This document shows, piece by piece, positions 1-14,400 of a DNA stretch of 64,000 nucleotides (position 1 is its first letter; each line of letters starts with the position of its first letter). The notes under the pieces are model-generated. The model searched no databases. It saw nothing but the letters and a program-made list of their open reading frames with translations, and was not told the origin of the DNA. This DNA comes from Piromyces finnis finn (taxonomy: Eukaryota; Fungi; Neocallimastigomycota): the NCBI GenBank assembly GCA_002104945.1, contig MCFH01000011.1, positions 620,001 through 684,000 on the forward strand. Direction: 5' to 3'. A program made the position numbers and the translations under genes.

Positions 1-10
1 ATGTATTGTA

Positions 11-1366
11 GGAAGAATTAAAAGAACAAGAAAAAGCTATTAAAAAAGATAAAGAAGAAAAAGAAAAGAAAAAAATAGAAGAATTAAAAGAAAAAGAAAA
101 ACAAAAGGTTTTATATGAGAATTTTAAGCAGAAGGAAATAGAAAATAGAATGAAAAAAGACAGAATGAAATTAATAGAAGAAGAAACATTGAATGAAATT
201 AATCAATATATTGAAAAGAAAAAATTACAAGATGAATTACGCCAACAACGTGAAATTGAATTAAGAAATAAAAACAACCCAAACAAAGAATATATATATA
301 AATTATTAGAAAATGATAATATAAAGAAAAAGAAAGCAATAGAAGACTTTCAAACAAAATGGCTTAATGTTGAAGATATGCAAACTAAAAGTGAAAGAGA
401 AAGAGAAAGAAAAGATGCTCAATTTAAAAAAGAATTATATAATGCATATTTGGAGAAAGTAATACCATTTATTAAATAAGAATATTTACAACATTTAGTT
501 TTATTTAAAAATTAAAAACTATTATTATATTAATAATCAATATATTATTATATATTATTAAATATATTAAATTAAAAAAAAAAAAAAAGATGGAAGAAAA
601 AAGAAAGAAAAAGGAACTTCAAGAGAAAAAGAGTTTAGAAATAAGTAAAATATTAAAAGAATATGATGAATGTACAAAAAAAATGGAACAATATAAAAAT
701 GATCAAAAAAAACTAGAAATAGAACAATTAGCTAAATTAAATAAAATTCTAAAAGTAATATAAATTTCTAATTACAGTATTTATGTATATAATTAAAATA
801 ATAACTATAGATAGGATTTTAAAATATGACTTAAATGTATATATATATTATTGTTATTTTTAAAATATTATATGGTACATAAAGGAGGAACAATCAGAAA
901 GAAAAAAAAAATATAAAGAAGATAGAAATGCTTGGAGACAGTTAATTAAAGAAAATCAAGATCAAGAAAGAAAAGATTATGAGGAATATATTAAAAGTAT
1001 TGGTAATTTAAGTTGGGCAAAAGAGAATGAACCACTTCAACGTTATATTAAAGATCAATTAGATAATGAAGTATCAACATCAGGATCTAGACGTTATATG
1101 TATGGAAATATTAATACAATAGTGAGTATAAACTTTAAATATTATATAAAATTAAAAAATAGAATAAATAATAATTATATTAATATCACTTTTATATTAA
1201 TAATAAATAGAATAATACTTGGGAAAGACTTGGATTTACAGATAAACTTAAAACAAGCGATATGAAATTATCAAGTCAGACTGTTGGCTCACATGAAGAA
1301 TATTTAAAAAATATAGAGAATAAAAAATATATTCCAATTAATTATGAATCAAAAGATTTCCATTAA
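11..1366 (+). CDS. 3' part of a multi-exon K/E-rich coiled-coil protein, probably a trichohyalin-plectin-homology axonemal protein (CFAP210/CCDC173-like); 5' end lies outside the window
   Basis: Exons about 11-458, 590-754, 885-1121, 1211-1366 with GT-AG boundaries. Long charged coiled coil. The last exon begins NNTWERLGFT, resembling the RLGF C-terminal motif I recall for CCDC173/CFAP210. The family assignment is tentative. Confidence 0.6.
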
Positions 1367-1896
1367 AAATATTATGATAACACTCTTTTAATTATTAGAT
1401 ATTTCCAATAATATCATGTAAATCAAATATATTTAATATTATATAAATCTCAACATATTTTAAATTTATTTTAATAAGACTTTTAAACACAATAATTTAC
1501 CATTATATATATCAATTTTATTTCAACACATAAAAAAAGATCATTTCAATTTTTTTTTATTTTTTTTAGAGCAATTCAGTTCAATCATATATTAGTTATA
1601 TCATTTTGCATTTTTTTTTTTTTTTTATAATTTCATTTTTACAAAAATCTTAAGCATTTATATATTAACAACAACACTTGCATCTTTCATTTTCATTCCA
1701 TTTATATTAATATAAAATTTTAATTATTAATAATTAACTTTTATTTTTTTTTCTTAATATATATTACATATTAACTGCATTGTATTATCTATCATGATAA
1801 TTAAAAACCCTTTTTTTTTTTTTTTAAAAAATAGGGGAAAATTAATAGAAATAAATAAATAAATAAATAAATAAAGAAGTAAAATATATAAAAGAT

Positions 1897-4800
1897 TTAA
1901 GAATTATTTATCATTTCGTATATTAACTCCGCATAATTCATTTCTTCAATATAAATAGAATAAATATCAACATTTACTTTTTTTGCAATTTTTTTTGTAT
2001 CGTTAAACTTATCAATACTAATCTTTAAACTTTCTGCTTTATATTTTTCAACAATCTTATCAAATATATTGTTTGTATTATCTTTAACCATTTTATTATC
2101 ATTATTATATCGAATCCTTTTGTTATATTCATTATTATAAGAACCCGTTCTCCTTCCATAGACAATTATTTGTCTTAATAAAGATGGCGTTATAAAAAGA
2201 TATTTAATTTTTTCAAAGGTTTCTTTTTCATTCATAGTTTCAATTGTATATTTATTTTCATTAGTTAAATTGTACTTTTTATTCTTTATTTCTTTAGTTC
2301 TATTGTCTTTATACAGGTGAAAAGTACCTTTCTGACAAATATAATTTTCAAATTCCTTACAGGTAATATGAGAGGTTTTATGTTTTATTTGTAATAAAAC
2401 ATATATTACGTCTACATTATTAATTTCCAAATTAGCAAGAGCTGTACCATCTTCAACAATACATTTTAAATAGGCTTCAACCATACCGTATTTACAATAG
2501 TTACATTTTTTTGAAAACATATTAATTGAAGCTTCCTTATTTTCTTGAAGGGGTTCATACATTGATTCAAATTTTCTTTTGTGATTATATTGATTCATTT
2601 TAAAATTTGATTGATAATGGTGCTGACCTTGATTTGGACATTTTCCATTATATACAACTGAATGACAAAACTCACATTTATGAACAAAATATATTTCTGA
2701 AATTTCTAAAATTTCACATATATATTTTGAATAGAACGAGAAAGAAACAGTAGTATCATACAAATTAGCTAGATGATTTCTATTTACGTTTCTGAGTAAT
2801 GGTTTTGAAATTTTTTCTGACGTTAGTATAGGTTGATGATTGCTTTTTTGATTAATAGAATGGGGTGTCGATTTGATTAAAGTATTAATATTATCTTGAT
2901 TACTTGAAAAGCAAGTAATTTTTGTTTTTTTAAAACTTTCAAAATAAATATTTGGTTCATGATTAAGACTATTTTTGGAATAAATTAAAAAGATATTATC
3001 AAATCGTATAATATTCCCTATATGCAATCCAAAGGGGTATTCAACACCATTTAAATCAAGAAAAACCTTAACAATATCTGGAGTATATAAGTCTCTTATT
3101 TCCAATATTAGTATAACAGAAAGATTTCCTAAACCATTTTTTATAAATAGTTTTTCCTCAGAATTAATTAATGCGCTTTTATTAATAGTATTATAAATAT
3201 TACTTGGATTATCATTATAGCTTACACGAATCCCAACAATAATTCCAACAAATGATATAATTTTTCTATCACTTTCATTTGATTTGTTGTAAGATTTTAC
3301 ATCATCTTTTAAAATATCACTAACATTCATTAATAATGGATATTGTTTAATATGCAAATGAAATGGAATTAAATTTAAAAAATATTTATCAATATTACTT
3401 AATATGGATGAAAATTTTGAGGATAAAAAATTGTATAATGAATTTGTTTCATCATTGTCTTTACAAAGTAAGTTCTTAATTGAGACATATTGTAGAGTAT
3501 CATTATCAGAATTCTTATTAATAAAAAAAGATCGATACTTTTCTGGAATAAGAGGTTCAAATATTATGATAGGATTATATATTGAAGTAGGAAAAACATT
3601 TTTTATTTTATATGATTCTGTTTTCGATACAAACATTGATTTATTAAAGTTTTTACAATTATATTCATTTTGATAGATAAATAAACTGACTTCATCTAGT
3701 ACAGGTTTGTCTAGTTGAATTAGGTTTTCTTTTTCTATATCTGAAAAATCTCCTCCAATTTTAAAATATTTATTATTTGTTAAATATGGATATATTCTTA
3801 ATGCATTGGAAGAAAGTTCTATTGTTTTGTTTTCTACTTTTAAAACATTATAAAATGGCAAACATTTTGGATTATCTTTTGAAAAATTTGGAATTGCAAA
3901 ACTTTTTTGTAAAATAATTACTAACCCAAATAGTTTTGAAGTAATTTTTATGTCTAGTTTATCTTTTGTTATATGAACTGGTCCTTTATGAATTATTTTA
4001 AATATTGCAATGCAATTATTATTACTTTGTATGAATGATTCATTACCATTATCTTTAGAAAAAATCTTTTGTATAAGTTCTAAAAGATGGGTAATAAAAT
4101 TGGGTATATGATATGAAAAATCATGATAATGATAATATGATACAAGTGTATTAGGATTTATTGGGTATAGAGGTGAATTTAAAATTTCTTTGTCATTATA
4201 AAAATAAATATCATTTAATGAAACAGAGATATAAACTTTAAAACGGTTTAATATTGCATAATCATATTCATCAAGGTATTCACTTGAAACGTTATTACTA
4301 AAAAAGTTAATTAAAATTAATCTCTTTTTCAATAAAATATTAGTATCCTCTTGGAAAACTGTATTAACTGAATTTTTTATTTGAGAAGACCTAGAAAAAG
4401 AATCGGAAGAAGAAAATGTCTGATCGTTACTTAAGAAATTCATACAAACTTTAAATTTTTTAATTATGACAGGTTTGTTATTATGATACGAGAATAAAGG
4501 GGTTTCATTTTCGCAATTGACACAATCTTCAATTTGAAGGTACATAAAATTATTTACATCACTAATTTTTAATTGACCTGTACTAGTACTGTCTAATATT
4601 CCGATAATCCATGAATTAGACATACTAATTTCTTCTTGAGTGAATTCATGAGAATAATAATAATTCAGAGATAAAGAGTTTAATTTATCAAAAAGAAAAT
4701 TATTTATATAAGAATTAATTAAAATAGTTTTTATATTAATGAGGTGTGGTAACGAATATCGTTTCAATGCAATATTACAATAATTTTCATGATATAATAT

Positions 4801-5363
4801 TTCGTTAATAGCATCCTGATATTGGTATGGCTTAAATCCTGAATGGTATAATACTTGATGTGAAAAAATATTCAAAAGAGTATTATGATTTATGAAATCT
4901 TTAGGAAAAATATAATATTTTAACCATTCCATAATATATATTTTATAAATAATATCAATTGAATTATAGCGAGAAACATCATTTTTAATAATTATAGATT
5001 TTCTTAATATATCTGGAGAAGGGTTATTTGAAAAGGATTTTATTTCTATTGAACTATGCTTACAAGCTATAAAACATAGTTTTATATTTTTAACAAATTC
5101 TCTTATTGAAAAAATATGAACATTATGAAGAATTAATTTAGTACCAGTTCTTAATGAACAACAATGAATATCAATAGGATAATGACTTAAACATAACAAA
5201 TAATGATGATCTATTTCATAAAGAGCATAATTATTATTTATAATTTTTGTAATATATCCAGTATATGAGATTATTTTCCTATGACAATCGTAAATATTCA
5301 ATGGTATTTCTTTATAAATATATTTTAAATAAAAATTACAAGAGTTATGTTAATACATAAATA

Positions 5364-5450
<87 letters not shown>

Positions 5451-6459
5451 TTTTTCTATTTAAGTTATATTATTATGTTATACCTTTTTTTACATTAATA
5501 TCAAATTCAAATACAGTATCATCGTCCTGAATTATATCATTAATACATGAGCCTAAGAAAGTACTTGGTAATGAATTATTTTCATATGACTGTACAAAAC
5601 ATCGCTGAATATATGATTTATTTGGAATAAATTTAAAAATATTATTTGATACTATTTCTTTTTGTCTTTTTATTTTCAAGGTATGTAAAAATAAATTTTG
5701 AAATATAAATTTATGTTTAACTAGTAACATATGATAATATTGCATTAGCTTATTTGCTTCTGGAGTTTGAAATATTACAAAGGTTGTTGTAAAATTGTCA
5801 TTTACACCTTGTACTATATTACTATTGCTTGCATTTTCAATTTTTAACTCAATTATAAAAATAAAAAAGGTTTCATTTCCCTTTTTTATAACTTGTATAC
5901 AACTCTTTGATTTTATTGTACTAACAATTGTAATACCATTTTGGAAATTTTTTAAAAATGTGTTATTTGAAACAAATGTTTTACTCAATAAAGGTTGAAT
6001 TTCTGTTTCAAATTCTCTAATAATTAATGCTTGATTTCCAGCTCTTTTAATTAAAGACTTCACCCTGATATTTTTATAGAGTATACTTAAATTTTCCTTA
6101 TATTTATTTTCATATAATTTCTTTAAATTAGGATTTTTGTCTAATATTGAAAAAAAATCAATTTCTAAATAAAACAAACCATTTCTATATTGGATTAGAG
6201 TCCATTTTTCAACATATAATACATTACTTAGCCAATTTTCGTTAAAATTTAATAATTGACATCTTATATAATTAGTATTATCATTAAAACAAAAATATGG
6301 GACGGCATTTGAATTTGTCTTTACTTCCAAATAACCTATTAGTATTTCTTTACATCCTTTTAATGTTTTCGAACTTTTTTTTATTACTCCATTATTTTGT
6401 ATTTTATTTGACTTAATCAATTTATCTAAAAATACAATTTCATACATTGTAAAATTCAT
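1897..6459 (-). CDS. CTC1: CST complex large subunit CTC1 (telomere C-strand fill-in, multiple OB folds), about 1462 aa, 2 exons
   Basis: Exons 6459-5484 and 5309-1897 join in phase 1 (KKE-IPLNIY). The N-terminal FNDNTNYIRCQLLNFNENWLSNVLYVEKWTLI, the central ISYTGYITKIINNNYALYEIDHHYLLCLSH...GTKLILHNVH, the CEFC...GKCP zinc ribbon and CIVEDGTALA each match human/plant CTC1 motifs as I recall them (YVRDNTGVLSCEL...WLG...FPRWSYL; YSGVVT...GLYELD...LCLAY; LLVEDGTAEA). Confidence 0.85.
5366..5450. repeat. (TAA)n microsatellite inside the CTC1 intron
   Basis: About 28 perfect TAA units read directly. Confidence 0.95.
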
Positions 6460-7447
6460 TTTATATATAGTACTTTATTAAATTATTAATATTGTTACAA
6501 TAAATAATAATTAAATGAAGTAGGTAAATTTGAAATCTTAAAAGAAGTCATTAGTGATAATAATAATAATAATAAAACAAATTAACAATAGTTAAAATTA
6601 AAATTTAAAATTATTTTTTAACAATTATTAAAAAAAAAAAAAAAAAGATAGTTCAAAAAAAAAAAAAAATTTTTTTTAATATATTTTAAATTTGTTTTGC
6701 AATTTAAAATTATATAAAATATGTAAATATATATTTTATATATATTTTAATACACATTATTCATTATTAAAATGAACTATAAAAATAAAAATAATTAATA
6801 CTTTTTTATTTTTTTAAAAGTTATTTAATATATTTTCTTTTTATTATAGATTTTTAGTCCTGTTAGATATCTTACTAAACCTATCAAAAAATAGCTTTAT
6901 ATTTCATGGAACCTCCAATGATAAAGTTTAGTAGAAAAGTGATGAGACCTTTATATATGGATCATAGAACTAATGAACTACATTACTATTCATTCAAATG
7001 TCTTTGCTTCATTTACCTACGTAAAATATGAGTTTTTGAATTTTCATATTTTTAAAACAATTTAATGTTTATATTGTAAAAAACAATATTGTTATAAAAA
7101 AATTATAAAATCTTTAAAGATTTTCTTACACATGATAAAAAGCTATTTTATTGATTTTATTTATTTATTTATTTATTTATTATGATATATGAAATGGAGA
7201 AAATAAATAAATTTATATTTTAATAGTTTTTTTTTTTTTTTTTTTTTTTAAATTGTTAATATTTTTTATTTTTTTATTTTTATTTTTTTTTATTTTTTTT
7301 TTATATTTTTTTTATTTTATCTTTTTATCATTTTAAATAAATACTAAAATTAATGCTTTTACCGATTTCTTTTTATTAATAAAAAAAAAAAGTGTGTGAA
7401 AGAGAATGTGAGAAATTTTTCCCCCCAAAAAATAAATAAAAGTTTAC

Positions 7448-8348
7448 TTAAAATCCACTGTTTTTCATACGACGTAAAATCTTTCTCTTTTGATCTTCTA
7501 ATTCGTATTTATTTGGTAAGTGTGGCTTTAATAATTTACCAGTGTTTGGATCTCTAGCTTCTAATTCTTCTTTTCTCTTAATATCCCATTCAGTATCCAT
7601 GTAATCATCTGGTCCACTTTCTTCTTCTTTAACTTCTATTTCCTTACCACGAACACTCTTGAAGGATTTACCATAGGAAATTGTAATTTCTTCATTAACT
7701 TGAATATCACGTTTAGCAACAAAAATAACGTTCCACATATTGTCATGTGGGACATAGATAGCTTCACAATTTGGATTAGGATCGTGATTAACAAATCTTA
7801 ATTGATTACCTATTTAAAATTTTTAAAATTAGTAAATCCATTATTTTATAATACAAGAATACAAGCCTATACTGAAATGTTGTAATATTATATGTTTTTA
7901 TTATATTTATTTAAAAATTTAATTACCAGCAACACGTGCATCAATGTATAAATCAGCCTTAGCACCAGTATATGGATGTTTAACTGATGTGATATGGAAT
8001 AAATATCTAGAATCGAATAACTTTTTACCGAGTTCCATTGAAATTAAACCTTTATATATATATATAATTTAGTTATGTATTTTTATTTTTATTTTATTGT
8101 CATTTATTTTTGTTATTGTTATTGACAATATTTAATATCACATTTTTATATTTTTATATTTTTATTTATTATTATTATATTTACCAGTGTAAATACCAAT
8201 AACATCATTTTGCTTTATTGATTTAGAAGCGAAAAGACCGAAACCTTTATGTTGATCAACAAACTATATATAATGTTAAACAGTTTCCCCATATAATAAA
8301 TTATTAATTATTCTATGCTTTAAGAAACATAAATAAATTTACAGAATG

Positions 8349-8380
<32 letters not shown>

Positions 8381-9219
8381 TTTTCCTTACTTGAATGTAG
8401 AATCTATCATCGTTCTTAAAGTAATCTTTTTCAAAATATTTTCCGTACATGACACTATTAACTTTATATTCTTCTGGATGTTCCTTCATTTTTTCATCAT
8501 TTTCAATTTCGTAGTCTTTTAAAGCACGTTTCATGAAATAACTTTCTGGTTCAATTTCGTGAATAAGATCAACAGTAAAGTATTTACTAATTTCGTCTTG
8601 TCTAAACTTTCTAAAACGATTGTTTTCAATTGGTGCTTTTTCTTTTGGAACTTCTTTTGTTTCAGTTGATGAATTTGTAGCTTCTTCTTTAGCTAATTTA
8701 TCAAAACCAAGTTCATAATACTTAGCTTCGATATCCTTCCATAATTGCTTATTTAATTTTTCTTCATTGTTAATCTAGTATATAAGAATGAAACAAGTAA
8801 CATTATATAGGTGATAAAATGGTATATATATTATATGTTAAAATAAAATAGATATATTATATATATGTAATAACAATATAACAGTAATAATAAACATTGT
8901 ATAGAAATTAAGAAAAGAAATTAAATATATTATTTACATAATATTTAATTATAATTTTAAAATATTTATATATATATTTATTTATTATTCTCTTATTTTC
9001 TTTTTTATATGTTCATTTTCATATTAAAAAATATGTTATTACTTGTCTTATTTTTATTAAAAATAATTAAAAATAGTTTTTTATTTAATCAATAATACTA
9101 ACTCCAATTATTAAACAAGCTGTTGGAATAAGTAGTACTATTAAAATGGCAATTTTTACTCCAAGAGATAATCCCTTTTTTTCGGTTTTTTTACTTTCAA
9201 CCTTTTCTTCTTTGGCCAT
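7448..9219 (-). CDS. SET-domain protein-lysine methyltransferase with an N-terminal transmembrane anchor, about 354 aa, 5 exons
   Basis: Exons 9219-9103, 8774-8391, 8263-8185, 8049-7927, 7809-7448 total 1065 nt and stay in frame. SET motifs KGFGLFA, RFVNHDPNPN and EEITISYG are present. The N-terminus is MAKEEKVESKKTEKKGLSLGVKIAILIVLLIPTACLIIG. Confidence 0.88.
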
Positions 9220-10922
9220 TGGTTTTAATAAATCTCCAATACTGAAAAAAAAAAAAAAAAAAAACTTTATTTTCTTTCTTTTATTTAATCTTCCTTTATT
9301 TTATTAAGATTTTTTTTTTATTATTAAAGTTTATTTTATTATTAATTTTAAAATGGTTATTTTATTTTTTTAAAGTGTTTTTTGTTTTTTTTATATTTTA
9401 TTTATCCTTTATAAAAAAACAAAATCAGTATAATTTTATATATTAAACAATTTTAAAAAATAGTAATTAAAAAACAAATCATCTAATTAAAAGTAATATT
9501 TTATAAAATAATCATAATTAAAAATAATAATAAATTACTTTGTATTCTACAATACCATTTTATATTAAATAATATGTAACAAATAGTAAATATTATATAT
9601 GAAATATATATTATCCATTTAATGAATGAAAAAGTAAATTATTTTTGAATTAAGTTTATAGTCTACATTTATTTATGTCATATTAACATATATCAATGCG
9701 TTTAACATATATTAATGTAAACCACATAGATCAATGTATAAATAATATACTCAAATAACATTAATAACGTGATGATAATAATATAATAAAAGTTTAATAA
9801 TGGATATAGTGTTAATTGTGATATTTCATTTACTTAAACAATGTTTAGAGATCAATAAATATAATACCAAAATTTCTATTATTACAATATCAATTCAAAT
9901 ATATTACAATTAATAATTAGCATAACCATCACAATAATTTTTAAATGTATATTCTTTTCTAATAAATAAGGAGTTCTACAACTTAAATTACTAATATGAT
10001 CCAATAAGGATTTATGTCCTATATTCTATATTATCATCATCAGCATCTGTAAAAAAAAAAAAAAAAAAGGATACTTCAACTTAAATTGTCAATATTTTTT
10101 TGTAATATTTATATAAAAATAAAATATAATTATAACAATTTTGTGATATAATCCAAATTTAATATAATTTATTATTTTTTTTATTGTTAAAATAAATGAT
10201 CTATTAAATAGTAGTTATAAAATACTATTGATTCTTGTTAGTGTATTTAAATGATTTATGATCATTGATATAAAATAAAGAAGATTGATTGTTATTATTT
10301 GATATTATTTTAGTTAGGCTAGAAGTTACTTAAAAATTTTTTATGAAATACCTTCTTTTATTATTTTAGTTTTATTCTTTAAAATATACTCTAGGTATAT
10401 TAATTACTTTTGTACATTAATGTTAATACGTAATTTCCTTAGCCACATTTATCGATTGCGGTATATAGTGTATAGAGATAGTATAAATAAACTCTTACTA
10501 ACTTTAACTATTAATAAATTATGTTTATTCAATAATCTAGAAATTTAAATGAATCAACTTTAATAATTACATTTATTAATTTTTGTACTACATTACCAAT
10601 GAAATTTTTATGTTAAATTAAAAATTAATAAATATATTATAATATTAATAATATTAATATAAATATATTAATATATATTTACAATATACACTGTTTAATA
10701 CAATAAATTTAAGTAAATTATATTTAAAATAGAAATAATTAAATTATTAATAGAATAATCATATTATATATTCTTCAATAAAATTGTAAATATATTAATA
10801 TACAAAAAAATAATAGAGATAGAGTAATAGAATTTAAAAAGTTTATATATTTTTGCAATTTTAGTAATAAATAAAGTTGATTACTAATAATTATAATTAA
10901 ATGAAAATATTTTATATTAAAC

Positions 10923-11298
<376 letters not shown>

Positions 11299-12493
11299 TA
11301 AATGTATTAATAAATTTTTATCAATTAATATTTGAAGTGGTGTTGCCTCGCATTATAATTATTTATCAAAAAAAATACCCAAAAAAAGAAGATAGAATCC
11401 AAAAAAAAAATTAATATATTATTAATATATTTAATTAATATATATTTCATATTTATATTCATAAAATCTTTTCTTTTATTTTTTTTTTTTTTATTTTTTT
11501 TTTTTTTTATTTTTTATTTTTTTTAATAGAAGTTCAAAAAAGATAAAAATTTAAAATATATGATTAAATATTTAAAAAGAAAATTCATTTATATTGGAAT
11601 AAAGTAAATAATATATAGTAAAAGCGAAGTGCATATCAATTATTAAAGAAACATTTATAAGTAAAAAAAAAGTCTAAAAAAAAACATAACAAAATTGTAA
11701 TTTTTGAATTATAGAATGTTAATGTTTTTTTTCTAAGCCTTTAAATCATTAAAACTTTACATTAAAAAAAAAAAAGATATAAAGTTTTTTTTTATTAAAG
11801 TTCTTCACATTTATTTAAAACAATACTAATATTGATATTATAAAATACAATGATAATATAATTATCAAAGTAATAATATAAAACAATTTTTAATGTGTGA
11901 AAATATCATTCATATTCACCGTAAAACTCTTATCAGCACTTTTTTTTTTAAATTATGAAAAAAGTAAATTGTATAGTAAAAAATAATTAATAATTAAAAT
12001 ATATATAAATATATATTTTTTAAAATAATAAAATAAAGAATTTTATTTAAATTTCCAAAAATCTTTAAAAGATATTGTAAATATATTTATGCAATACTTA
12101 TCAGTATTATCAAATATATGAATTAATAGATATAATGCAATAATTATTGATTCATATATTTCCATAAGAAAGTTATAAAATCTAATAAAAAAGATTTAAT
12201 AATGAAAATTGATATTTTATTAAACCATATATTTTGAAAAATAGTTTCTTACTAAACATAATTATTATTTTTTAAAAATAATAGTGAAACTTATACCTTT
12301 TATAAATAATAATATATACCTTAAAATACATTTTATAATATCTGAAAGACTATCCTATAACGAACAGAAGAATTTTTATTTTTTTAATTTCTATTTTAAT
12401 TGTATTAGAACATCACTTATAAATATATAATATATAATATTAAGTACTTTTATTAAATTGTCGAATACCCTATATACTTTATAAGAATAAACA

Positions 12494-14400
12494 ATGTCAC
12501 AACCTTACAATCAAAGACAACAAAAACAAAGTCAACCAAAAAAAATGGGTGGCTGTTTTTGGTGTTTCCATTCAGCTGACTGGAAAAGAGAAGAAATTTT
12601 AGATCATAGTTTCAGTTTAATTAATGTCAATGATTATACGGACAGGAGTACATTAATGCATATAAAGTATCTTTGGATATTTTTTGTTGTATTTAGAACT
12701 ATATTAGTGTACTTATTTGATCTTTATTTACTCTATCAACAAGGTGGTGAAAAGTTTTTTCCAAAAAATTTTAAAGGAGGAAAAGCTATTCAAGTAAATA
12801 AAGATTGTGAAGAAAAGCTTAAATTTGGTGGAAAGTTTGCTAACTTATCAATTGTATGTAAGTGGATGGAAAACGATGTAGTTGAATTTTTAACAAATAA
12901 CATGTTTTGGTTATTATTGTTTTCCATCGTAATTGCTTCTATATTGTCATATATGGAATTTAAAAAGGCACAGAGAGTTATAAAATCTCAAGATATTTCT
13001 TTTGCATTTACAAATCTTGTTGCATATCGTTATTACTGTATTAAGTCTTATGCCTATTATTGTTTCTTCCAATTGATTCAAAATCATACAAAAAGAAGTG
13101 ATGAAATTGCCTTTTTTATTTTCTTTACATTTAAAGGTATATAATATAAATTATGAATTTTTTTAAAAAAAAAAAAAAACAAATTTGTTTTTTGTAAATA
13201 ATATATATAGCAATTTATTAATTATATATTATTAATTTGTATATATTTTTAATAGGTTGGAAGAGATTTGTTTTCGCAGATACTTTAAGACGTGTTCTTA
13301 ATCTTACTCTTTTTATAAATAATATGATTGCATTAAAAGATAATAGTTGGGCATGGAAAGATAATGAAAAAGAATGGTTTAAAGTTATGACTTCAGGTTT
13401 CATTCTTTTCTCATGGTTAATGACTGGTATTAAATTATTAATTGCTTTTATTCTTTATATTCCATTATTATCTATTATTCAAGGTAACTTAAAAGAATAT
13501 TGTTGCCACAAAATTGATAAAAGAATTGGTGAAATTATTAATTCAAAGACCCAGCAAAAAATTAAAAAGATTCAAAAAATAGAAAAAGCAAAAATCGAAG
13601 CAGCTAAAAAGTTAGGAGTTAAACCAAATCAACTTCATTTAGATGAATCAGCATTAAAAAAAGGATATGATATTGAATTATTACCAGATCCAACACTTCC
13701 ACAAATTGATGTAGATTTAAATGATGTTGGAGCTGTAACGAATAATGGTAATTATTATAATCAATATAATAACAATAATCAATATGGTAATAATCCATAC
13801 AATAATCAATATGGAGGTCAGTATGGTGTTAATAATTTTGGTGAACCACCAAGAACACAATATCAAGGTAGTGTTGTAGCCTATAGTGATTATAGTGATA
13901 GTTTAAATAGACCAAATTATGAAGGTTCAAATGATAGTGGAAGTCGTACAGGTTCCTTACCATACAATGCTAGAAATGGCTATAATCAAACCCAAACTCA
14001 ACAACCTCAACCACAATATATGAATTCACCTCATAATAATGTCTTAGCTAATGGAGCTAAACAATCCCCATATACAAATAATTACAGAGGACCAAACAAA
14101 GGTACTCAACAATGGAATGTTGGTTCAAACATTTCACCACCATCAAGAAATCAAGGATGGAATGATCAAATGAGTAATTCCTCTTCAAATTTCAGTAATG
14201 GTTTCAGAAGAAATGGAAATAGACCATCATATGATGCTGTAAGTGTCAGTTCAGAAGAACCATTAATTACTCCTCCACCACATTCATCGAATCCTCGTCC
14301 AATAAATCCTCGTTCACAGTATCCATCAAATTCACGTCCACAATACCCATCAAATTCACGTCAAAACCCACCAAATTCACATCCAATGATGCGTAAATAA
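12494..14400 (+). CDS. KCH1: Fungal low-affinity K+ transporter, Kch1/Prm6 family, with an N/Q/P-rich disordered tail, about 595 aa, 2 exons
   Basis: Exons 12494-13136 and 13256-14400 stay in frame (1788 nt). AYRYYCIKSYAYYCFF, FFTFKGWKRFVFAD..RRVLN and LKEYCCHKIDKRI are characteristic of the Kch family. Several hydrophobic helices. Confidence 0.82.

Noticed and set aside
6939-6945. GTGATGA box-C-like motif suggesting a C/D snoRNA
   Set aside because: I could not find a CTGA D box or terminal stem at a suitable distance downstream.
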